Assembly (NCBI RefSeq): GCF_018977255.1
Contig: NW_024704742.1
Coordinates: forward strand, 100,876,001 to 100,940,000
DNA: 64,000 nucleotides
Origin: Callorhinchus milii
Taxonomy: Eukaryota
Direction: 5' to 3'
Shown here piece after piece: positions 50,681 to 62,332 of the stretch. The first letter of the stretch is position 1. Each line of letters starts with the position of its first letter. The position numbers were made by a program, and so were the translations under genes. Below the pieces are notes generated by a model. That model did no database searches, was not told the origin of the DNA, and worked only from the letters and a program-made list of their open reading frames with translations.

Positions 50681-52611
50681 GTATCTGGAATGGAAATCCT
50701 CAGAGTCCCATTGTGGCAGCTGGGACCCAAAGAGGAATAAACCACTAACCTGGAGAGTATCACCACCAGTTGATATCCTTAAATCATGTCTTAAATAAGT
50801 TAAAGACTATTGCAGATTTTACGCCTAAAACTCGTAGCAAGGTGACCCCTTGCAAAACATCCCAAAAGGATGACCTACTTGGAGACAGCATCAAATCAAT
50901 GCATGTTATCTGCTAAGAATAGATTGCAGCACTCACTTTTGGGGGTTTTCAGCTCAGCAAACGCTCATCCTTCCCTATCTACTCCTAGAATGGCTTTGAT
51001 AGATGACACATCCCACTTTCAACTGCATTTCCAAACACCGCCTGACTGGCATATCATCTGATCTTACAGATGTTTCAGTCAGCAAATACCAACCACACAA
51101 GTCTGCTCAACATCAGTAGGAAAGAAACACAAAGAAAGTTTTTTTACTCACATCCCAAATATTGCAGCAGATCCTCAGTAAGTGCTGGAAATGAAGTCAG
51201 TGATGGATGGTGGTTTGTGAAATATTCCCACTTGTGATCTGAATGCAACGCTACATATCGTATGAGGAATTACTGCTGTTCCTTGCTGATCCTCTCCATA
51301 ATCCTTCATCCTATTTCGAACAAGATGTGCTGATGTGTACTTTGCTAACAATAACTGAATTCCGGTTCATATTCTGAACATAGGAGATTGTGCGGACTAT
51401 TATCCCAGCTATTATCCCAGCTGAATCCTGATTCTATCTGAAATAAAAACAAATAGCTGAAAATACATAATATGATAAGATCGTGATCATTTTGGGCTGT
51501 GAGGTGCACATGCATGTGCCATATAAGTAGTGCTTTCAGATCCATGGAGAACTAATTGGAAGAGATAGACAGACAACAACCTTAGCTAGAACTCATGGAG
51601 CCTCACCAAATGGACAGCACTCATGTAACCGAACAGTCATCGGCAATCCAGCAGCTCTCTCCCAACAGGATTCCTGGCATTCCCAAACTATTACTGTCAA
51701 ACTGCAGGATTTCCCGATAAGCAACAACAAATTGCAACTTGTTCCCTTCATGGAGCGCTTAAAGTGTTTCTTATTGGGTGCCTTCTCCATTAACAGCCCT
51801 CACTAACCTTTTGCTTTGTGGGCATTCCGGTGGAGCAGAGCTGAGCTGGCTCCTGCAAAGCATTAATGCCGATGTTCCCAGATTCCTTACACCCCTATTT
51901 AACCCCCCCTGTGTGCACAACCTAGCAAGGGGATTTGCTTGTTACAAGGGCATTCAGTGCATCTGAATTGCCTTTGTATGTCCAGCATCTATACATTAAC
52001 ATCTATACATCTCAAAGTGCCTCAAAGAAGGATTCTTGAGACTGTATTCTGCAAAGTGTAGTGACTATGTGTTTTGCAGGTGAACTTGGCAGCTAATTTG
52101 CATACAGCAATTACTCACAACCACCAATTTTATTAAACCTTACCACCAAGTTGCTCAGGAGGCAAATAAATTATGGCTTAATATTTTCAGTCTCCTGACA
52201 ATGCCTTAACGTTACCTTGTCAGTATCCAAATGTCTGGTAAATTGTCTTCATACAGTATTTTGCCTTTTCCTTTAAAATGTTTTTCTTGCTGATATTTCC
52301 CTGACAGATTGTTTGTTAGTATTGCCCCTGTAGCTGTCTGATAACCAAACCATGTGATGCAGTGTGTCAGGACAGCCAGTAAAGGGCAGTAAAAGCTCTT
52401 GAAATAAAAGCACCGCTACATTTAATACACACAGAAATTCAACTTTAATGATACCTAGAATGGAACCCTGGCTTCTCAGAAAAGCTGGTCTTTATTGCAA
52501 GGATTATTATTATCATAGATTTCTTTGAAGAAAAAACCCTCTGCTTAACCCATCACAGTTTCATAGTCATTGCTCTACAATTGTCCTCTAGTGTATATTT
52601 AGATGGTCATT

Positions 52612-52770
52612 TACATAGAGTGATATAGCACGGAAACAGGTTATTCAGTCCAAATAGTCTGCGCCAGTGTTTAAATTCCACTCAAGCTGCTCACCTATCT
52701 TATTCCGCTAACAAATACCCTTCTATTTCCTTCTTCCTCATGTACGCACACATTTTTTTCTTAAATAGGT
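52612..52770 (-). mobile_element. CR1-type 3' tail
   Basis: ACATAGAGTGATATAGCACGGAAACAGG..CCAGTGTTTA..TACCCTTCTATTTCC. Confidence 0.6.
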
Positions 52771-55318
52771 TTGAGAATTTTTCTTACAACTGCCTGCACA
52801 GTAGCTGATTTTGCCATTGTGAATACTGCCAGAAACTTGCCAGACAGTTTTCATAAAGGCAAGCTGTGTAGTTTCAGCTGATTAAATTCTAGCAGTATTC
52901 CAAATGTACAGTTTGGGGTCCCCAATCCTTGGCTCCTGCTAACACTTGCATAATACTTTAAGGGCAAGATACTCTCCAGGAGAGAGTACGCCCTCCATTT
53001 CAGACAAAAGGAAATGTTCATATGTATGGGAAAGTCTCAATCTGGCAGTTAAGTACTCTCTCAGTTACTTCGACCTGTATTATGAGTAGGGCTTCTTATA
53101 TTTGGTTTCAAAACAATAAATATTGATGAAACACCCCTGAAACAAAAAAAAATGAGATTGTGTTTATCCAATAAGCACCAGAAATACACTGGAAATGGTT
53201 ACATCTTCTGACGTAACTCTGAGGTGACATTTTCTCCCTTTTTCTTGCTCGCTCTCTCAGCACCTTGGTGTGCCCACTGCACATGGTTTACTCTCGCTCT
53301 CTGCATCTCACTCTCCTCCTCCATGCGCACAGGTATGACTGCTGAAGCAGTCCCTACCTCCTCTCACATACAAGCGCTTGTCCAGACACGGCTGGGCACA
53401 CAAAGTGAAAGGAGGCGTCCTCACACATGCACAGTGTGTCCCTCCTCTCACACACCTTCACCAGACATGCCTGTGTACACGGAGAGGAGAGAGCATCTCT
53501 CCCCTCATATAAGCAGGCGTGTCTGAATCTTCCCATTACAAGAAGCAAAAGCCTTGACGAAAAATGATGTTTGGACATCTACATAGAACTTGAAAATTGA
53601 AATGAATAAACAGAGGAAAATGGAAACCCTATTAATGAGCTCAAATCGCAATACGGGTCTTGATCCCACAACTTTCTGACCCATGGTTAATGAAGACAGT
53701 AACTGACAAGAATTTACAAGCCAATTGACAGGATCACACTCTGAATTGACAAGATTATATTGCTGAGTTCTCACTCGTCAGCCATAACCTACTGCTGGTT
53801 ATAGTCACGACTGACTTTTAGCAGCTTTGAGTCTTTGTTAGTGATTCCCACCGTGAATTGACGTTTTCCCACCCCAGGGTGCCTTACGTCAGTATCCTGA
53901 TACTTATTGAACAGAAAAACAGCTTCATGTGTGATATCATGTTAATGTCATTGCATGTAAGGAAAATAATTCTCAGGGTTTCCAAATGTAATTATAATAC
54001 AACTACATCCGCAATAGCAACTTGGATTGATATGGTGCCCTCCACATAGGGTAATGCCTAGGAGCACTTATAATCATTGCATTAGATTACATTACATATA
54101 TGACTTTCACCTACAAAATATCGAGTGACTACATTTTACAGTGAATCCTGTAAAGTGCTTTGAGACCTTCTCTGAACATGAAAGGAGATATATCAAATGT
54201 AAGGATTATTAATATATTTTGATAGATAGTGTCGATAACATCGCAAAGTCTCAAACCACTTCACAGTGTTTTCTGTAAATTGTAGGATTGCATTTGCAAG
54301 TGAACACTGAAGCTACACTAAAGAGGCCCACTCAGTTATCAGAACTTCTGATCATCATGCCTTCAGCACTGAAATACAAAGTATTTCATAACCACTGCCT
54401 GTAGCACAGTACCTTCTCTGAATGTACTGTGTCTGAGTGAGATGGATCAATCAGTGGCAATTCCTTTCCAGTTTGCTGGGGATTTAGACTTCTAATTTCA
54501 TATAAGTTAGACTCTCAATCTGGTCATCGAATTCTAACAATTGACGTCATTTTGGGTGATGGTAAAGAGTTGAGGAATGTAACACTTTTTAACTTCTTAC
54601 CCTATTCAGCTATGGAAGGCAACTTTTTTACTTTACACCTTTTGCTCCTACAATGAACCAAATGGTTTATGTACATGTACTGTGTCAGTGAGTGGCACTA
54701 ACAAGAGGGAAAACACTTTTACATTTGGTCCTTTATTTTTCTTTACTCAATCCAGGTGTAGAAAGGTCAGTTGATCTGTACTTGTCCTGACTATAAGTTT
54801 CAAGATTTTTGATGCCCGTTCCTGCAGATAATATTGGTTGTTCCCTACATGGCTGTTGGTGGGATTTCGCTATGCGCAAATGAATTGCCACATTCGAACA
54901 TTTACATTTCATAGTAAATCATGTGAAGCACTTTGAGACATCCTCCCAATGTGAAATAGGCTGTATTAAATGCAAGGATTATTGTATTACAGTACAGCAC
55001 CAATATATTGCGCCTCTTTACAGCGATAATTTGGTTATAAGGCAGTTCAGCTGTGGACACGATTAAGTGCACATGTACACAGCCGACTGACTCACGTCCT
55101 ATGCACCAGCTGGCCATCTCCTGCACTGAAATGACCAGCTTCTGGGCAATTAGGTCACATCAAAATCACTTTCCGCATGCTGCTCATATGCAAGAAATAA
55201 GCCAACCACATGTGGAGTACATGTGCAGTGAATCAGGCTTTTACAGATTCTAACCACCTTGTTATAACAGCAATTTTCATTTACATAGCTCCCTTCACAT
55301 ACGATAACATCTCAAAGC

Positions 55319-55560
55319 CTTGGAGAGGGTGCAGAGGAGATTTACCAGAATAGTACCATGGATGAGGGACTTTAGTTATGTGGAGAGACTAGAGAAGCTG
55401 GGATTGTTCAACTTAGAGCAGAGAAGTTTAAGGTGAGATTTTATAGAGGTGTCCAAAATTATTAAACAGATTCAATAACAACTTTCAAAAGGAAATTAGA
55501 TAGGTATTTGAAAAGAAAAACACATTGGTGGGGGAATGGATGGATTGATGGATGTATGGA
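55319..55560 (+). mobile_element. CR1 3' fragment with internal deletion
   Basis: Translates LERVQRRFTRIVPWMRDFSYVERLEKLGLFNLEQR..TFKRKLDRYL. Confidence 0.9.
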
Positions 55561-56442
55561 GTATGTCCCAAAGCAAGGGACAGTCACAGATTTGGACCCG
55601 ACCAGGGGGTTGGGATCAGAGAAGATGGGTGGGAGAGACGATAGGAGGGTGGCCGAAGACGGGGCTGAAGAGGAGGTTCTTGAAATGTGTCTTGAAGGAA
55701 GCAAGTGAGGGAGTGAGGCGAATGGAATATGGGATGAAGTTCCAATGGGTAGGGGCAGAGAGGCTGAAGGCTCGACCGCTGATGGTGGGACAGGCTGGGT
55801 GGAGGATGTATAGCAGGCCACAGCCTGCTGAGCGGATGGAGAGGACAGGGTGTTATAACGTTAGCAGGTCACAGAGGTAGGAAGGAGCAAGACCGGGAGC
55901 GCCTTGAAGATGAGGATGAGCTCTGAGGGATGTGGAGCCACTGGAGCTCGGCGAGGGTGGGTATGATGGTGTCTCGGAGGCTGGTGCAGGAGAGGACACA
56001 ATGATCTGGATGATTGGAGCTTGTGGAGGGAAGAGTTGGGAAGACCGACAAGCAGGGAGTTGGCATAGTCGAGGCTAGATGTGATGAATGTGTGGATGAG
56101 GGTTTCGGTGGCCTGAGGGTTGAGGCAGTTGCGGAGCCAGGCAATGTTGCGGAGGTGGGGGAAAGCAGAGCGGGTCATGGCATGGATGTGGAGTAGAAAG
56201 GACAGTTGAGGGTCGAACAAGATGATGCCAAGGTTCCGGACTGGCTTAGGAAGGTGGAGTGTGCATCCTTGGCTGGTGATGCTGCTGGTGCCTGAGGTGT
56301 GGAGGTGCTGACAGGAATCAATCAGAAGGATCTCGGTCTTGTTGATGTTCAACTGTAGGAAGTTAGTTCTCATCCAGGACTTCATGTCTGACAGATATTC
56401 TGTCAGGACATCAGTGGTCCTGGAGTCGAGAGTGGGTGTCAT

Positions 56443-56562
56443 CCGCGTCCCCACAAATATACAGTCAATTCACTTTACAGTATATTCTGTGAAGTTCTTT
56501 GAGATGTTTAGAAGACATGATTAGAAGACTCTATATCAAATGTAAAGATTATTATTATTATT
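56443..56562 (+). mobile_element. 5'-truncated CmiSINE-like tail inside the L2 YADD motif
   Basis: CCACAAATATACAGTCAATTCAC..(ATT)n between GTCATCCGCGT and ACATGTG. Confidence 0.9.
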
Positions 56563-56794
56563 ACATGTGAAAGTTGACCCCATGTCTGCGGATGATGTCA
56601 CCAAGAGGGAACATGTACAAGTTGAAAAGCAGAGGACGGACCAAGAACAGAGCCTTGAGGAACACTGCACAAGACCTGAGAGGTAGGATCTGAACCAGTC
56701 AAGGACAGAACCATGAAGGATGAGGTGAGGGAAGAGGCTGTGGAGGAGAATAAATTGGTCAATGGTATCAAAGGCAGCAGAGAGATCAAGATAG

Positions 56795-58830
56795 ACAACA
56801 ACAGCAACAACTTGGATTTATATAGCGTCCTCCGTGCTGGACGGCATCTCAGAGTGCTTCACATTAACAGATCCTGGGGCCAAGCCAGGGGGAGGAGGAA
56901 GAAGGTGACCGAAGGCGCAATCGAAAAGAGAAATCTTTAGCCGAGACCTGAAAGTAGGAAGAGAGGGGATGAGGCGAAGGGAGTGAGGAAGGGAGTTCCA
57001 GAGCCTCGGGGGATAGTGGCTGAAGGCACGACTGCTGATGGTGGAGAGGAGGATTCGGGGGACAAGGAGGAGGCCAGACCCGGTGGAGCAAAGGCAACGG
57101 GCACTGTTGTGAGGAGAGAGGAGGTCAGAGAGGTAGGGGGGTGTGGAGTAGTGGAGGGATTTGAAAACAAGAGTGAGGATCTTGAAATCGATCCTCTCTA
57201 GGACAGCAGTCAGTGCAGTCTGGCAAGGACTGGGGTAATCGGGGAGCGGAGTTTGTTACGGGTAAGAATGTGAGTGGCAGAGTTCTGGATGACCTAGAAT
57301 TTATGAATGGTAGTGGAGGGGAGCCCGGCGAGGAGGGCATTTGAATAGTCCAGCCGAGAGGTGACGAAGGCATGGACCAGGGTTTTGGCGGCTTTTGGGG
57401 TGCGATATTGGCAGAGACAGGTGATGCATTGGAGAGGACGAGGAACCAGAGGGAGCCCTGGTCACAGATGGACAAAATGTGATTTGTTACTTGGACCAAG
57501 GCTGTTTCTGTGCAGTGGTCAGCATGGAAATCCAATTGGAGGGTTTGTATATAACTCATTCCAAGACCTTGGCAAGGAAAGGGAGTTTGGAGATGAGGGC
57601 AGTAATTTGAGAGTAGAGATGGGAAGTTTTTTGAGGATAGGATAGCTGTTTTTAAGGGGGTGGGCACAGTGTACAGGGAGAGGTTTATGGTGTCTGTGAG
57701 TAGAGGGGCACGGAGGTGGAGCTGGGAGGTAAAGAGAGGGTTAGTGATGTGGTCTGAGGGAGCATGTGGTGGGTTTCATGTGAGTTATAATAGTGGTGAC
57801 AGAGGAGGGGGAGACAGATTCGAACATGTGGAAGGAGGGATGGGTAGGAACCGCGTGTGAGGGGGAGATGGGGAGGGTGTAGCAGTTGGGAGGGCAGAGG
57901 CGGCTGAGCGGATCCCCTCAATTTTGGTCTTGAGGAAGTCCAGCACCTCCTCGCAGTTGGGGTTGAAGGAGAGAATGGGTGAGGCATGAGAGGGTGGGCA
58001 GAGAAGCCAGGTGGTGATGTAGAAGAGGAGCCTGGGGCTGTCCTTGGCCTCCAAGATTATTTGGGGGTAGAAAAATGATTCAGCAGAAGATAGGGTGGAG
58101 CGGGAATGATGTGGTCCAGTCAGATCTGCCGATGGACAGTTAAATTAGATTTGAGCCAGGTGTGTTCGGCGGCATGCACCTGTGCCTTGAAGGAGTGGAG
58201 GGGGCTGGTGTACCAGGGTGACTTGCGTGAGTAGGAGGCAGTTCGGGAAGTGAGGGGGCAAGGGCATCGAGAGTGGTGGAGAGGGAGTTGTGGAGGAGCG
58301 TGACCGAGGAGGATAGGTAATTGGAGGAGGAAGCCTAGAGGGGGAGGAGTTCAGATGACTCGAGGACAGCGGAGAGGGAGTGTGGGGGGATTTTTTTTTC
58401 CAGGGGTGGTAGGAGATGGAGGTGGGTTGGCTGGTGGTGGGGAGAGGGATTGAGGAGTTAAGGGAGATGAAGTAATGGTCCGAGATGGCTTTGTCAGTGA
58501 TGGTGAGGTCCGAGACTCTGAGGCTCCGAATGATCACGAGATCAAGCAGGTGGCCATGGACATGGGTGGTAGAGTGGATGTGGAGGAAGAGGTTGCGAGA
58601 GGAGATAGAGCAGGAGGGGGTGAAGTGCAGGTTGAAATTGCCTAAGTTGAGGAGGCATTCAGAACAGAGGCAGAGGGGAAGCTAGAAGGATGGAGATTTG
58701 AGAGAGGAAGGTGGAAGAAGGTTTGGGGGAGATGATAAACAAGAAGAATTTTAAGGAAAGATTGAAGGATTTTAGAGGGTAAGGTGCGCAGAGGAGGGGA
58801 AGGAACCAGAGGAATAAGGGGATAGGGTAA
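56795..58830 (-). mobile_element. L2 LINE (second subfamily): APE domain to 3' tail, most of RT deleted
   Basis: Tail matches 26515; TETALVQVTN; APE-like GNFNLH, GHLLDL and AISDHYFI. Confidence 0.9.
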
Positions 58831-58874
58831 AATAGAAACTCTCGTCTCTATCTCATTTCAAAACAGACTGCAGG

Positions 58875-59081
58875 TGGTGTGCAGTAATATGCCATTGTCA
58901 GTAAATTAGCCATTTAGCACATCACAACACGTGTTGTGTCTTCACAACTGTAAATGACCCACTTGATCTCGGCAAATGAGAGTGATACAGTTCTCACTGA
59001 TATGTTACTGCAAAGACATATCAGTGTCTTGAAACATAATACACTTGAGATTGTTGCCAATAGAATACTGCTTGTATATAA
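58875..59081. repeat. Copy 1 of an unclassified ~210-bp direct repeat
   Basis: Colinear with 60948-61165; shared blocks TCAGTAAATTAGCCATT, AATGACCCACTTGATCTC, GTGATACAGTTC, CAGTGTCTTGAAA. Confidence 0.9.
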
Positions 59082-59634
59082 GGCTTCACGATAATATTGC
59101 TGCAGTAAAACTGTAGCTACAAAGTTTCCTATATTCAGTGTGTTACAATGGCAGAATTTTATTATCGTGTCAGAGACAGAGAGAAATTTTATGCAGTGGG
59201 ACAATAATAAACATTGCAGCGATAATCAATGTGGAAATAATCAGTTTGGCACAGGAATATGCGATCAATTTGGTAGAAAAATCTCAAGTTAAATATACCA
59301 ATTAATTCAGAGAAAAGAAAATTCAGACGCCAATTCATTTTCATTACATGTACGACTAACTAATGTGAGTGTAGATACCTGTAGGGTGAAATGAATAGAT
59401 ACTTCAAACTTCACATTAACAGAATGTTCAATGCTCATTAGAGGGAATGACTTGGAGGTCAATATTGTCTGTCTCAAAGGGGCAAGCAGCTGAACAAAAT
59501 TTAAATTACTAATCTGAAAAGGTTATCTAAAATACAGAAATACATAATGATGGGTATGTGTGACCGGCATAAAATAATTAGAATTTACTGTAACCTGTTA
59601 TCAAGACATTGATTATTATCTGGTAGGCACAGGA

Positions 59635-59982
59635 GTGGAGTCCTATAGCTTCGGTTCGATTCTCCGGCAGGGCGAAACCTTAGGCAAGTTTCCTTACTCC
59701 TTCAACACGCTCTGTTTAACTAGCAGTAAGTAGGAACCCGGTTATTAGTCGATTGGCAGATCGCTTTTTCGGGGATAATAATCCCTTTCAAAAAATAATT
59801 ATAATAATAATAATTTGGTGATTCAATCCATGACTGTTTGTGGGACACGGCTGTGTGCAATTGTCTGTCACCTACAAAATATACAGTCAATTCACTTTAC
59901 AGTATATTCTGTGATGCGCTTTGAGACGTCTGAAAGACGTGATAAGGCATTTTATCAAATCCAAGGATTATTATTATTATTA
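59635..59982 (+). mobile_element. CmiSINE-like long variant with a deletion in the tRNA head
   Basis: GTGGAGTCCTATAGCTTC joined directly to GGTTCGATTC; long CORE-like block intact. Confidence 0.92.
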
Positions 59983-60109
59983 TGGGTATAGAGTATTCAG
60001 ACCATTGTTGTTTTTTATGTTTTTTACATGTTCATTTTCAGTAGAGAAATGTCAAATTAAACATATTAATAATTTAAAAAGAAAAGAAAATTCAGGGTCT
60101 AATTTATTC

Positions 60110-60242
60110 TCGTTAGTTGTGTGCGAATGTTGTCTTCCCATAAAAACACAGTCAGTTCATTTTATAATAAATATTGTCAAGTACTCTGAGACACCCTCCC
60201 AATGTGAAAGGGGCTATATCACAATGTAAGGATTATTATTGT
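60110..60242 (+). mobile_element. Deu-SINE 3' fragment
   Basis: ACACAGTCAGTTCATTTTA..GTGAAAGGGCTATATCACAATGTAAGGATTATT. Confidence 0.7.
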
Positions 60243-60947
60243 TTTAGAAACAAAATAAAAACAGATCGTAACTAGCTGCTGAACTCGAAATGTTGTTTAC
60301 CTCTTTGGATCTCCTGATATGACATGCTTCATATCATCTCCACTCTGTGGCTGTTAGTAAATATTGAATTGCAAATAAAAAGACTGGATTGCGGCGCAAA
60401 GTCATTGAATTTTGAATCACATTTCGTTCTTTGAGAATTGAGGATTTAATTTACTTTGCAAGTTAGTGACAATATATCCTAATTCAGAGATGAATGATTG
60501 CTGGAATAAATATATTAATTTATGACAATAATATGCACTGCTGCTATGTTCAAGAGCACAACAAATAAGCACTAATGGCCACTTTTCAATCTTTTTATTT
60601 AAAAATATATGAAAACATTTATCAAATAATATCATATACTCCCGAGATGTGCAGAATGGCTAGCTTACTGATGCTGCCATATGATCACCAATATGTTACC
60701 CAGTATATTGTTAAACAAGAAATACATTTTAATAAAAACTGAATTTGAAGGAGAGCAGAAGATTCATTACAGTACATGATATTCTGTTTATAGAGTAAGC
60801 CTGATTAGAACAAGTTCCTCCATTTAAAAACAGAGCACTAATTTTGGCTCCTCCATTCATTTGTCATGATCTTTAAAAGATCCTGGCTGGAATCCCAGCA
60901 GATGTTAAAAAACATTTTACAGTAACTATATGGTAATAAAAAAAAGT

Positions 60948-61165
60948 TGGTGCTGCATGGTAGTATGCCAGCATCAGTAAATTAGCCATTCAGCACATTG
61001 CAGCATGTAATGCATCTTAACAAATGTGAATGACCCACTTGATCTCAGTAAATGAATGTGATACAGTTCCCACTGATAAATGGTATGTTACTGTAAAAGC
61101 ATAACAGTGTCTTGAAATATAGTACATTTGAGATAGTTGCCAATGGGATACTGCTTAGCTTATAA
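60948..61165. repeat. Copy 2 of the unclassified ~210-bp direct repeat
   Basis: Colinear with 58875-59081. Confidence 0.9.
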
Positions 61166-62332
61166 ATTACTGTGCCTGTTTTATGTTCCTTGTGCACTGT
61201 TATCTGAATATTACTTTTAATCATCAAAAAAATAGCTAATTGTCTTATAGCAGTCATGTGACACATTGTAGGTAAATATGTGATTATAAGTTCTCTATTC
61301 ATATGTGGAATGGACAGCAACAACAACCTAATTTATATAATACCTATTTATATAACTGCCTGCCCTTCACGTATGATAACGTCACAGAGTGCTTCCAATG
61401 ATGGGGTAAGATGCCAAGTAAGGGAGACAGGAGAGGGGGAGGGGGATGATGATGAACACAAAAATACAAATAAAATCAGAAAACCTCACATCTTGCATCG
61501 TTCCCTGCAGGTGTTGAAATGATTGTCATGTGGAAATTGGGTTTAACTACTGACGAAGCAACCAGCCTTAACTCACATTTCCATTCAAGATTACAGTTGT
61601 AGAAGAGATAAACAAGAGGATTATTACAAAGGATTTATAATAAACAATCACAAGTAATAAAGCATTTCAGAGACTGCAATGAATAGATACAACATGGTAG
61701 AGCAACAGTGATAATTGGATCCAGTAAAAGAGGGATTTTGTAGAGGTAATAGATGAGGTCATTAAATCGATCATTAAAATGGATCATTGTGAATAGGTCT
61801 GTAAAATAAGAAGGTTGGAAAGTAGTAATGAGGCTATTCTGTCTATCTAAATCACTCCATTATTTAGTCAATGCTCAGTACCCACACAGGACCCTTCATT
61901 CTCTTGCAGTTTGAAAACGTGCCATTCCCATTGAACCATTTCATGGTTAATTAATTATTGAACTAGAAATTGGTCCTCCAAGCAAATTGGTGCAGTTTTA
62001 TAATTTTACCTTGAATCACAGTGAAGGTCAATATATTATCACATTTTGTGAAAGTATTAAATGTGACATTAAGATAAAAGTGAACAATGAACAGTGTCTT
62101 CAAAGGTAAGGAGTGGTCCTTTTCATTATGAATTAAGTTTTACGATATTGATACTGTATTAACTAATAAATATCCCTGAAATTTCCATGCATAGGTTGGA
62201 AGCTTGAAATTCTCAGTTAGGTTTGGATTGGACACTCTTAAGAAGGGTGATGGGTTTCCGTATGTGTCAAACACCCGACTGATGCCCCCAAAATATTGAA
62301 AGCATTGTCCTTGGCTAGTTATTTGTTGAATT

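Larger units (their letters stand above)
55265..56794 (-). mobile_element. L2 LINE (first subfamily) carrying nested CR1 and SINE
   Basis: [42 protein letters not shown]; tail remnant at 55265-55318. Confidence 0.9.

Noticed and set aside
51600..51622. RE1/NRSE-like GGACAGCAC
   Set aside because: Only the right half-site matches; left half and spacing are non-canonical
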